Shown piece by piece: positions 20,915 through 30,427 of a DNA stretch of 64,000 nucleotides. The stretch spans positions 27,070-91,069 of the forward strand of contig CBDCXV010000005.1 in NCBI GenBank assembly GCA_965223905.1, written 5' to 3'. Each line of letters starts with the position of its first letter. Position 1 is the first letter of the stretch. The stretch is from Candidatus Latescibacterota bacterium. GTDB taxonomy: Bacteria > Latescibacterota > UBA2968 > UBA8231. The notes under the pieces were generated by a model, which saw nothing but the letters and a program-made list of their open reading frames with translations, did not search any database and had not been told where the DNA came from. Both the position numbers and the translations under genes were made by a program.

Positions 20915-20950
20915 TGTCCGGAATCGGTTGCGGCTGTTCGAAATCGAACA
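20915..20950. promoter_or_regulatory. Tandem putative enhancer (UAS) sites for a sigma54 activator
   Basis: Inverted repeat TGTTCG-AAAT-CGAACA (20935-20950, TGT-N10-ACA) and a degenerate copy TGTCCG-GAAT-CGGttg (20915-20930), 20 bp apart, upstream of the -24 box. Confidence 0.6.
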
Positions 20951-21006
20951 GGGACACCGGCACCCAGTTCAAGTCCGCTCACAGGGTAAACAGAAGCGGC
21001 TGCACC

Positions 21007-21023
21007 CTGGCACGGAAATTGTA
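21007..21023 (+). promoter_or_regulatory. Putative sigma54 (-24/-12) promoter of the export operon
   Basis: CTGGCACGGAAATTGTA matches YTGGCACGrNNNTTGCW except for C>T in the -12 box; a sigma54 activator is encoded at the end of the locus. Confidence 0.65.
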
Positions 21024-21255
21024 TGGGAACGGACGGAAGGAGCTTGTAAACCCTGTGATCCCGTTGAAGAAATGGTTCCGCAGCCCTGGCAGAGACCCGG
21101 GGCCCGCGGGGGAGGCGCGCATCCGTGTCGAATCCCGCATACCGGGAAGCAACGGAGCCCCGCCTCCGGAGCGCCGGTCGAGCGTTTCCGATCCGAAGGG
21201 TACGGGGGCGCGGAGGGCCGGCCGCGGCAGTGATGAAGCTGTTCAACCGGACCCC

Positions 21256-22506
21256 ATGGACCGCCCGCTGGACCCGGCCTTCCGGCGCCGCCGGCGGATC
21301 AGGCGGATAGCCCGTTCCCTGGCCGGACTGGCCGCGCTCGTTTCCCTCTTCGTCTGGCTGCCCGGCTGGATCCGGCCGTCGGTCGACTCCGGCCGCATCC
21401 GCACCGCGCAGGTGCAGCGGGGAGCCGTGGAGGAGACGATCACCGCTTCCGGCACCGTGGTTCCCCGGTTCGAGCAGATCCTCTTCAGCCCCGTCAACAC
21501 CCGTCTCGTGCGGATTCTGCACAAACCGGGGGACCTGCTGCGGCAGGGAGAGGCGATCGTCGAGCTCGACCTGAACGCGGCGCGGATCGAGGTCGAGAAA
21601 CGGGCGGAAGAGCTGGCGCTCAAGCAGAACCAGCGCACCCGGATCGAGCTGGAGGAGCGCAAAAATCTCAGCGACCTGGAGACGAGCCGGCGCCTGAAGA
21701 AATTGGACCTGGAGCGCCGGCAGACCCGCACCGCCCAGTACCAGGAGCTGCAGAGAATCGGCGCGGTTTCCGGGGAGCAGCTGCGCCAGGCGCAGATCGA
21801 GGAGGAGCGCGCCGGCATCGAGCTTGGGCAGATCGAAGAGAACCGCCGCAACCTGATCGAATCCACCCGGGCCCGGCTGCAGGCCCTGCAGCTGGAGATG
21901 AAGACCCTCGAACGCGAGGGGGAGGAAGTGCGCCGCCGCCTGGAGCGGGCCCATATCCGCGCCGACAGGGAGGGCGTGCTCACCTCGGTCTCCCCGGTGG
22001 TCGGAGCCCCGGTCGGCCAGGGCCAGGAGATCGCCCGCGTCGCCGACCTCAGCTCCTTCCGCGTCGACGTCAGGGTTTCCGACATCCACGCCCAACGCCT
22101 CCGGACCGGGCTGCCGGTGCGCCTGCGCATCCGCGAGGAGGCGTACGTCGAGGGGCGCATCTCCCGCATCCTTCCCACGGTGGACGACAACGTCATCGAT
22201 CTCGAGGTCGAGTTGGACGACCCGGCGCACCCCCTGCTGCGGCCCAACCAGCGGGTCGACGCCTACATCGTCACCGCCCGCAAGGAGCGCTCCCTGCGGT
22301 TGGCGCGGGGGCCGTTCATCAACGGCGGCGCCGGTCTCCACGAGGTCTTCGTCGTCCACGGCGAGACCGCGGTGAAGACGGAGATCCGCATCGGCCTGGC
22401 GAATTTCGAGTACTACGAAGTGGTGGAGGGGTTGCTGGAAGGGGACGAGGTGATCATTTCAAGCATGAAGAACTACCTGCACATGGACGAAGTCCGGATC
22501 AGATAA
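21256..22506 (+). CDS. Periplasmic adaptor / membrane fusion protein (HlyD/MacA-like)
   Basis: MDRPL N-terminus + TM, TITASGTVVP, long coiled coil, lipoyl halves, EVVEGLLEGDEVIIS. Confidence 0.92.
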   Translation: MDRPLDPAFRRRRRIRRIARSLAGLAALVSLFVWLPGWIRPSVDSGRIRTAQVQRGAVEETITASGTVVPRFEQILFSPVNTRLVRILHKPGDLLRQGEAIVELDLNAARIEVEKRAEELALKQNQRTRIELEERKNLSDLETSRRLKKLDLERRQTRTAQYQELQRIGAVSGEQLRQAQIEEERAGIELGQIEENRRNLIESTRARLQALQLEMKTLEREGEEVRRRLERAHIRADREGVLTSVSPVVGAPVGQGQEIARVADLSSFRVDVRVSDIHAQRLRTGLPVRLRIREEAYVEGRISRILPTVDDNVIDLEVELDDPAHPLLRPNQRVDAYIVTARKERSLRLARGPFINGGAGLHEVFVVHGETAVKTEIRIGLANFEYYEVVEGLLEGDEVIISSMKNYLHMDEVRIR

Positions 22507-22516
22507 GGAGGCAGCC

Positions 22517-23182
<666 letters not shown>

Positions 23183-23196
23183 GGGAGGAGAGGGGC

Positions 23197-24513
23197 ATGC
23201 TGAAGAACTACATCAAAATCGCCCTCAAGGGCTTCTGGCGGCACAAGTTCCTCACCGGCGTCAACCTCTTCGGCATCTGTTTCACCCTCGTAGTGCTGAT
23301 GGTGGCGACGGCCTCCATCGACCAGGAAGTGGGACCCATACCGCCCGAGGTCCACTCCGACCGCACCCTGTATCTCGACTGGCTGTTCCCGAAGTTTACT
23401 GCAACCGACTCATCTCTCAGTCCAGCGAAGGCCGTACTCCGGAACTATAGGCCTGGTTACGCGTTTCTGGACCGCTATGTGCGTCGCCTGGAAACGGCGG
23501 AAAACGTGACGGTGTTCTCTCATGCCGATTCCCGGGGAATGCAAGGAGGGGCGGAGGAGAGCCATCTGCAGGTGATGTTGACCGATGGGGCGTTCTGGGA
23601 GGTCTTCCGCTTCGACTTCCGCCAGGGCCGGCCCTATGGGACCGAGGAGGTGGCATCCGGCGCCAGGGTCGCCGTGATCCCCGCCGGCTTCAGCCGACGC
23701 TTCTTCGGCTCGGAGGAGGTTGTGGGCAAGAGCGTGCCCATCGACGGACAGAACTACCGCGTGGTCGGCGTGGTGACCGACGTTCGGCATAATTATTTCT
23801 ACCGGGAGAGAGGGATGAGAGTCCACGCCGATGTCTGGGTGCCGGTAACCACCGCTCCTCCCGAGGTCTGGCGCACCTACAAGCTTTCGGGACAGTTCAG
23901 GGCGGCGGTGCTGGCGCGGCGGCCGGCGGATATGGAGCGCATACGGGCGGAATTCGCCGCCGTGCTGGAACAGGTGGAACCTCCACCCGATGAGCGCTTC
24001 GCCCTCACCGGAATATCCGCTCCGCTGGTGACCAAGCTGGAGGAGTGGGGGCTCCGAGGAGGATGGAAAAAGGACTATGGCAGCAGTGTGGACGGACGCC
24101 AGGTGGTCGCCGACTACCTCCAGCGGCGGCTGCTCACCCTGGGAGGCTATATGTTGCTGTTCCTGCTCCTGCCGGCGCTCCACCTCGTCAATCTCAGCAT
24201 CGGCCGCATCGAGGAGCGCACCTCCGAGATCGGGGTGCGCAAGTCGTTCGGCGCTTCGACCCGCACCTTGGTAGGGCAATTCGTGGCGGAAAACGTGCTG
24301 CTCACCCTGATCGGCGGGGCGCTCAGCCTGCCGATCAGCTGGGGAATACTGGCACTCGATCCAAACGTGTACATGGATGTCGGGGTTTTGATCCGCACAT
24401 ACTTCTTCGGGGTCTTGCTCGCCCTGTTCTTCGGGGTCATCTCCGGAGCCTGGCCGGCCTGGAAAATGGCGCGCCTGCACCCTGTCCGGGCACTGACCGG
24501 GAGGGTAGAATGA
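23197..24513 (+). CDS. MacB/FtsX-type ABC permease, A-type paralog 1
   Basis: MLKNYIKIALK start, MacB periplasmic domain, ERTSEIGVRKSFGA, PAWKMARLHPV. Confidence 0.9.
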   Translation: MLKNYIKIALKGFWRHKFLTGVNLFGICFTLVVLMVATASIDQEVGPIPPEVHSDRTLYLDWLFPKFTATDSSLSPAKAVLRNYRPGYAFLDRYVRRLETAENVTVFSHADSRGMQGGAEESHLQVMLTDGAFWEVFRFDFRQGRPYGTEEVASGARVAVIPAGFSRRFFGSEEVVGKSVPIDGQNYRVVGVVTDVRHNYFYRERGMRVHADVWVPVTTAPPEVWRTYKLSGQFRAAVLARRPADMERIRAEFAAVLEQVEPPPDERFALTGISAPLVTKLEEWGLRGGWKKDYGSSVDGRQVVADYLQRRLLTLGGYMLLFLLLPALHLVNLSIGRIEERTSEIGVRKSFGASTRTLVGQFVAENVLLTLIGGALSLPISWGILALDPNVYMDVGVLIRTYFFGVLLALFFGVISGAWPAWKMARLHPVRALTGRVE

Positions 24514-25811
24514 TCGCTCACTTGTGCCGCCTGGCGTGGAACCGGCGGCGGACCCATCTGTTGCTCGTCGGCGAGCTCTTCCTGTCGTTCCTGGTGCTGA
24601 CCCCCCTGGTTGTGGCCTGTGTACTCTTCGCGGCGGAGCAGCTGAAGCCGCTGGGATTCCAGCACGAGGGCGTGTGGTCGGTCGGGTTGCTGGATCAGAC
24701 CCCCCCTCCCCCCTTGGACCGGGGCAAGGATAGGGAACAAGCTATAGCAGAGGCTAAAGCAGAGTACGTAGCAGAGTACCTGGGCAGTATCGAACTAGTG
24801 GGGAGAGAGCTGCGCGCCCTCGACCAGGTCCAGGCGGCAGCCCTCGCCAGCGAAGCGCCACTCTTTCTCTCGCCGGCCCCCTGGAACGGGATCCCGTACG
24901 TCCACATCTCGGATGAGGGGTTGGAGGTATTGAGGCCGCGGCTCCTGAGCGGGCGCTGGTTCCAGCCCGAAGACGAGGCCCTGGACTGGACGCCGGCCGT
25001 CATCGACCAGGAGTTGAGCCGCGTGCTGTTTGGCGACGAAGATCCCCTGGGAAAAGTCCTGGCAGACTCGCCGGTATTCGATCTCGATCTGCAAGAGGAG
25101 TTCGATTCCCCTACCCCGGACCGGGTCCGCGTGGTAGGGGTCGTGGAGGACTGTTTCTATTTCGGGAAATTCAATGTGGCCGATGAACCAGTACCAGGTT
25201 TCATCTTCCTGCGGATTTCCAACCAGTGGCTTGCAAATTCGGTGACCAACGGGTGCTACTTCCTCGTAAGATCCTATCCGGGCACGGGACCGGCCGTCGG
25301 CGAAACGCTCACATCGCGGATCCAGGCCGTCGTCCCGGCGGGGCGGACTGTGCGGTTGGATGTGGATTTACTGGCGGCGATCAGGGAGGCTGATCGTCTG
25401 TTCAAACTGCAGAGGGTGGGGTCCACGGCTCGGATCAGCGGTCTGTTGACGCTCATGGTGGCACTGGGACTGACCGGCATGACGTGGCAAAACGTGCGCC
25501 GCCGCACCCGGGAGATCGGTATACGGCGGGCTGTGGGAGCGCCCGGCGGCCGCATCTACGGACAGTTCCTGGGAGAACTGGCGGTGCTGGTGACCGTGGC
25601 CATCACCTTGGGCTGTGTTGTGATTCTCCAATTCGGGCTGTTGGAGATGTTGGGTCCCACGATCTTCTGGAGCCAGTTGCCGACCTATGTAGTCGCCTGG
25701 GGCCTGGGAGCGACGGCGCTCGCGCTATATCTGCTGGTGTTGCTCTGCGGACTATACCCGAGCTGGCTGGCGGCGCGCGTGCGTCCGGTGGAGGCCCTGC
25801 ATTACGAGTAA
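24510..25811 (+). CDS. MacB/FtsX-type ABC permease, B-type paralog 1
   Basis: ATGA overlap with A1; MIAHLCRLAWNRR, RRTREIGIRRAVGA, YPSWLAARVRPVEALHYE. Confidence 0.9.
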   Translation: MIAHLCRLAWNRRRTHLLLVGELFLSFLVLTPLVVACVLFAAEQLKPLGFQHEGVWSVGLLDQTPPPPLDRGKDREQAIAEAKAEYVAEYLGSIELVGRELRALDQVQAAALASEAPLFLSPAPWNGIPYVHISDEGLEVLRPRLLSGRWFQPEDEALDWTPAVIDQELSRVLFGDEDPLGKVLADSPVFDLDLQEEFDSPTPDRVRVVGVVEDCFYFGKFNVADEPVPGFIFLRISNQWLANSVTNGCYFLVRSYPGTGPAVGETLTSRIQAVVPAGRTVRLDVDLLAAIREADRLFKLQRVGSTARISGLLTLMVALGLTGMTWQNVRRRTREIGIRRAVGAPGGRIYGQFLGELAVLVTVAITLGCVVILQFGLLEMLGPTIFWSQLPTYVVAWGLGATALALYLLVLLCGLYPSWLAARVRPVEALHYE

Positions 25812-25831
25812 TCTTGTATTAAGGAGACACC

Positions 25832-27130
25832 ATGCTGAAGAACTACCTGAAGGTCGCCCTCAAGGTGTTCTGGCGGCACAAGTTCTTCACCGGGGTCAAC
25901 CTGTTCGGGATCTGTTTCACCCTCGTGGTGCTGATGCTGGCGGCGGCCTTCATCGACCAGGAAACCGGGCCGATCCCGCCCGAGGTCCACAGCGACCGCA
26001 CCCTGCACCTCGGCTGGCTGATTGTGCAGCACGATTCATCCGATCCTCCCAGAAGACGAGGGATTACCCGGCCCGGGTACGCCTTTCTCGATCGCTACGC
26101 GCGCCGGCTCCGGACCGCCGAAAACGTCACGGTGTTCTCCAATGCCGACTACCGGGGGCATCAGGGCGGCGCGGAGGAGGGGTATGTGAGTGTGAGAATG
26201 ACCGATGCTGCGTACTGGGAGGTCTTCCGCTTCGACTTTATCCAGGGCCGGCCCTATGGCGCCGAAGAAGTGGAGGCCGGCGATTTCGTCGCCGTGATCA
26301 GCTCCGACTTCGGCAGACGCTTCTTCGGCTCGGAAGCGGTAGTTGGCAAGAGCGTGCCCATCGACGGGCAGAACTACCGAGTCGTCGGCGTGGTGGCCGA
26401 TTTTCTCATGCGCACGAGAACGCGCGCCGATGTCTGGGTGCCGGTGACGACCGCTCCTCCCGAGACATGGCGAACCTACAAGCTCAGGGGGGAATTCAAG
26501 GCCGCGGTGCTGGCGGCCCGGCAGGAGGACATGGAGCGCATACGGGGGGAATTGGCCGCCGTGATGAAGCAGGTGGAACCTCCACCCGGTGAGCCCTTCA
26601 ATCTCATCGCTGTATCCGCACCGCTGTTCACGACATGGGAGGAATGGGCGTGCGAGGCAAAGTCGGATTGTATGGACGATTATGAAGAAGGCGAGGATCC
26701 ACAGCAGGCCGCCGCCGCTCAACTGCGGTTGTGGCTGTTTACCCTGGGAAGCTACATGCTGCTCTTCATGCTTCTGCCGGCGCTCCACCTCGTCAATCTC
26801 AACATCGGCCGCATCGAGGAGCGCACCTCCGAGATCGGGGTGCGCAAGTCGTTCGGGGCTTCGACCCGCACCCTGGTGGGGCAGTTCGTCGTCGAAAACG
26901 TGCTGCTCACCCTGATCGGCGCGGGCCTCAGCCTGCCCCTCAGCTGGGGCATACTGACACTGGTTTCCCTGGGCGGCCTGGTTTACATGGATGCCGGGGT
27001 ACTGCTCCGCACCTTCCTCTACGGGGTGTTGCTCGCCCTGTTCTTCGGCACGATCTCCGGAGCCTGGCCAGCCTGGAAGATGGCGCGCCTGCATCCCGTC
27101 AAGGCGTTGACGGGGAGGAGGGAAGGATGA
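25832..27130 (+). CDS. MacB/FtsX-type ABC permease, A-type paralog 2
   Basis: Close paralog of 23197..24513; AAGGAG RBS. Confidence 0.9.
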   Translation: MLKNYLKVALKVFWRHKFFTGVNLFGICFTLVVLMLAAAFIDQETGPIPPEVHSDRTLHLGWLIVQHDSSDPPRRRGITRPGYAFLDRYARRLRTAENVTVFSNADYRGHQGGAEEGYVSVRMTDAAYWEVFRFDFIQGRPYGAEEVEAGDFVAVISSDFGRRFFGSEAVVGKSVPIDGQNYRVVGVVADFLMRTRTRADVWVPVTTAPPETWRTYKLRGEFKAAVLAARQEDMERIRGELAAVMKQVEPPPGEPFNLIAVSAPLFTTWEEWACEAKSDCMDDYEEGEDPQQAAAAQLRLWLFTLGSYMLLFMLLPALHLVNLNIGRIEERTSEIGVRKSFGASTRTLVGQFVVENVLLTLIGAGLSLPLSWGILTLVSLGGLVYMDAGVLLRTFLYGVLLALFFGTISGAWPAWKMARLHPVKALTGRREG

Positions 27131-28377
27131 TCGCTCACCTGTGCCGCTTGGCCTGGAACCGGAAGCGGACCAATCTCCTGCTCGTTGCCGAGCTCTTCCT
27201 GTCGTTCCTGGTGCTGACCCCCCTGGTCGCCGGCTGGGTCCTGTTCGCTGCGGAGGAGGTGAAGCCGCTAGGCTTCGAGTACGAGGATGTGTGGTCCGTC
27301 AGGTTGTCAGGGGGGGATCTCTTCGGCGAGGGCGGAGAACAGGCAAGGGAAGAGTACCGGCGCAATATCGAGCTGGTGAGGCGGGAAATCCGGGCGCTCG
27401 ACCAGGTCGGCGCAGTGGCCTTGGCCAGTGAAGCGCCGTTTCGCTTCCCGCAGTCGTGGGAGGGGATTACTTCCGTCTATATCTCGGAGGAAGGACTGGA
27501 GGTTCTCGGACTGAAGCTGCTCGACGGGCGCTGGTTCGGGCCCGGGGACGAGGCCCTCGACTGGACGCCGGCAGTCATCGATCAGACGCTGAGCCGGGCG
27601 CTGTTTGGCGACGAAGACCCGCTGGGCAAAGCAATCGGGGACTCACAAGTGATAGAAGTCGACCCGCAGGACAACTCCTTTCCCATTCCCCCCAGCCCCG
27701 ACCGGATCCGCGTCGTCGGGGTCGTGGAGAACTGTTTCTATTACAAGGAGTACGGAAATACCGCAGTGCAGGGCTTTGTCTTCCTGCGGTTTTCGATGAA
27801 AGACTGGCTTGTCTCTCCAACGCAGAGTTGGCTCAATTTTCTCGTGAAGCCGTATCCGGGCACGGGACTGGAGTCCGGCGAAACACTCAGTTCCAAGATC
27901 AAAGCGGTCGTCCCGGCGGAGCAGTCCGTTCGGTTCTACGTCGAGTCCCTTGCGGAGCGCTGGGAGGATGATCGTCTGGATCGGCTTCAGGTACTTGGCT
28001 TCATCGCCGTGATCAGCGGCCTGATGATGCTGATGGTGGCGCTGGGCCTGACCGGCATGATGTGGCAGAACGTGCGCCGCCGCACCCGGGAGATCGGCAT
28101 CCGGCGGGCCGTGGGGGCGCCCGGCGATAGCATCTACGGCCAGTTCCTGGGCGAGCTGGCGGTGCTGGTGTCCGCTGCCATTGCACTGGGCTGTCTGCCG
28201 ATCTTTCAGTTCGGCCTCTTGGAATTGGTGTTGGGAAGCCGGGTGCCGGCCTGGGTGGCCGCCAGCGGAGTGGGGGCCACGGCGCTCGTTCTTTTTTCAG
28301 TGGTGATGATGTGCGGGCTATACCCCAGTTGGCTGGCGGCGCGCGTGCGCCCCGCCCAGGCGTTGCATCACGACTGA
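27127..28377 (+). CDS. MacB/FtsX-type ABC permease, B-type paralog 2
   Basis: ATGA overlap with A2; close paralog of 24510..25811. Confidence 0.9.
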   Translation: MIAHLCRLAWNRKRTNLLLVAELFLSFLVLTPLVAGWVLFAAEEVKPLGFEYEDVWSVRLSGGDLFGEGGEQAREEYRRNIELVRREIRALDQVGAVALASEAPFRFPQSWEGITSVYISEEGLEVLGLKLLDGRWFGPGDEALDWTPAVIDQTLSRALFGDEDPLGKAIGDSQVIEVDPQDNSFPIPPSPDRIRVVGVVENCFYYKEYGNTAVQGFVFLRFSMKDWLVSPTQSWLNFLVKPYPGTGLESGETLSSKIKAVVPAEQSVRFYVESLAERWEDDRLDRLQVLGFIAVISGLMMLMVALGLTGMMWQNVRRRTREIGIRRAVGAPGDSIYGQFLGELAVLVSAAIALGCLPIFQFGLLELVLGSRVPAWVAASGVGATALVLFSVVMMCGLYPSWLAARVRPAQALHHD

Positions 28378-28417
28378 GTGGATCTGGGGATCAGCCTCTT
28401 GCAAAAGGAGGTAACTT

Positions 28418-29008
28418 ATGAAAATGTCGCCGATGATCTTTGTGCTGGGTGTTTTGCATGTAACGTGGAACGTCCCCGTAGAGGCAGAGCCCCGATTTGG
28501 AGTTCCCGAATTTCCCCAGGAGCGGAAACATCTGGGATTTGTCCTGGCGCAGGGGCCCTCGGGAGAGCACCAGGCAGCCCTGCCCGAGTATACGAGGGAC
28601 CAGGGGCTGCTCGACGGAGAGCTGGCAGCTGAATTCAAGGGGACAAAGCGGTGGTGGCTGTCTGGCTATATAAGCGGCCTCGGCATAGTCGGCCTGGTTG
28701 GTTTGGGCGTGGCTGAACTGAAAGGGACCAATTGGTGGTGGTTGTCCGGCCATCTGATCGGGTACGGCATAATGGGCCTGGTTGTACAAAACGAATTCTT
28801 TGCCGGTAGTAGTGATGCACCATTGTCGAAAGAGGCATATCAAACCATACGGGGAAAGGGGAATGGTTATGTCGAAGGTTTCAGGGACGGCTATCATAGG
28901 CGGATTCGCGAGAGGAGAGAGGCAAGCAACAGGGATGGTTCTTTTTGGGGAATCGGAACTGTGACCGGTGTACTGACCGCAGGTGCAATTCTCATGATGG
29001 TTGACTGA
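28418..29008 (+). CDS. Hypothetical Gly-rich membrane/exported protein with a 28-aa internal repeat
   Basis: AAGGAGG RBS; hydrophobic N-terminus; repeat AEFKGTKRWWLSGY../AELKGTNWWWLSGH..; AT-richer codon usage. Confidence 0.7.
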   Translation: MKMSPMIFVLGVLHVTWNVPVEAEPRFGVPEFPQERKHLGFVLAQGPSGEHQAALPEYTRDQGLLDGELAAEFKGTKRWWLSGYISGLGIVGLVGLGVAELKGTNWWWLSGHLIGYGIMGLVVQNEFFAGSSDAPLSKEAYQTIRGKGNGYVEGFRDGYHRRIRERREASNRDGSFWGIGTVTGVLTAGAILMMVD

Positions 29009-29021
29009 CTGCGGTGGTATC

Positions 29022-29118
29022 GAGGTACAACAATCAGCTATGAGTAACCCACCACCAGGGCATCCCCGAGCGCACCGGGCGCACGGTGCGGCTTTTCCGC
29101 GGCAGGCAGGCCAATTGA
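29022..29118 (+). pseudogene. Degenerate copy of the 3' end of the ABC ATPase gene
   Basis: 29044-29118 translates VTHHQGIPERTGRTVRLFRGRQAN*, versus VTHDQGLADRTRRTVRLFDGRQVS* at the end of 22517..23182; followed by a similar GGAGGAG RBS. Confidence 0.8.
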
Positions 29119-29128
29119 GGAGGAGGAG

Positions 29129-30427
29129 ATGCTGAAGAACTACGTGAAGGTCGCCCTCAAGGTGTTCTGGCGGCACAAGTTCTTCACCGCCGTCAACCTG
29201 CTGGGGATATGCTCCACGCTGATCGCGTCGATTACGGCGACGATGATCCTCGATATGGAAATCGGGCAAGTAACAGGGAACGCGCCGCCGGAGATCCACA
29301 ACGACCGCACCTTGCATCTCTCGACGATGGTGATAGGGAATCGCACCGGCCGGGGTTTCAGGTGGGGGATGTCGGCTGGTTACGCTTTTCTGGACCGGTA
29401 TGTGCGGACGCTCGAGACCGCGGAGAACGTGGCGATCTTCTCCAAGCGTCCAGAGACCCGGGGGTTGCAGGGTGGGGCAGAGGAGGCCGGTGTGGCAGTG
29501 CGATCGACTGATGCCGCTTTCTGGGAGGTCTTCAGCTTCGACTTCATCCAGGGCCGCCCCTATACCGCAGCCGAAGTCGAAGCCGGGGATTTCGTCGCCG
29601 TCATCAGCGACAGCTTTGCCAAGCGGTTCTTCGGATCGACCGAGGTCGTGGGAAAAAGCGTGCCTCTCGACGGGCAGCCTCACCGCGTCGCCGGCGTAGT
29701 CGCCCCTGGCCGCAGCCAAAGGGTGAGCTCCCGCACCGATGTATGGGTGCCGCTGACCACGGCGCCGGCCCGGGAGTGGCGTCCCTACCGGCTGACGGGT
29801 GGAATGAATTTATGTGCCGCGGTGCTGGCGCCGCGGCCGGAGGACAAGGAGCGCATACGGGCGGAATTCGCCGCGGTGCTGCCGCGGGTAGAGCCGGTGG
29901 AAGAGGATTCCCTGCTACTCGCCCCGCTCGTCACCGCGTTCGAGGAATGGGTGATCGAAACCGACTGGAAGCAGCTCGCGGATGCCGGTCCTGAATGGCG
30001 GTGGGCCATCGCCGGTCTCGTTCTGCGGAAGGTGCTGATCGCCGCAGGCGTCGTGCTGCTGATCCTGTTGCTACCCGTGCTGCACCTGGTAAACATCAAC
30101 ATCAGCCGCATCGAGGAGCGCGCCGCCGAGATCGGCGTCCGCAAGGCATTCGGCGGGTCGTCGCGGACGCTCGTCGGGCAGTTCATCGCCGAAAACGTGC
30201 TGCTGACACTGGTGGGCGGGCTGCTGAGCCTGCCGTTCAGCTGGGGCCTTTGGGTACACATCGTCGCGGATTTTGCTCCGGGCACCCTCAACATCCTGCT
30301 CCTGCTCCGCACCTTCGCTTACGGCACGCTGTGCGCGGTGCTTTTTGGTGCGCTGTCCGGCGCGTATCCGGCCTGGAAAATGGCGCGCCTGCACCCCGTG
30401 CAGGCCCTGACCGGGAGGAGAATATGA
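29129..30427 (+). CDS. MacB/FtsX-type ABC permease, A-type paralog 3
   Basis: Paralog of A1/A2 with the same termini, more diverged. Confidence 0.9.
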   Translation: MLKNYVKVALKVFWRHKFFTAVNLLGICSTLIASITATMILDMEIGQVTGNAPPEIHNDRTLHLSTMVIGNRTGRGFRWGMSAGYAFLDRYVRTLETAENVAIFSKRPETRGLQGGAEEAGVAVRSTDAAFWEVFSFDFIQGRPYTAAEVEAGDFVAVISDSFAKRFFGSTEVVGKSVPLDGQPHRVAGVVAPGRSQRVSSRTDVWVPLTTAPAREWRPYRLTGGMNLCAAVLAPRPEDKERIRAEFAAVLPRVEPVEEDSLLLAPLVTAFEEWVIETDWKQLADAGPEWRWAIAGLVLRKVLIAAGVVLLILLLPVLHLVNINISRIEERAAEIGVRKAFGGSSRTLVGQFIAENVLLTLVGGLLSLPFSWGLWVHIVADFAPGTLNILLLLRTFAYGTLCAVLFGALSGAYPAWKMARLHPVQALTGRRI

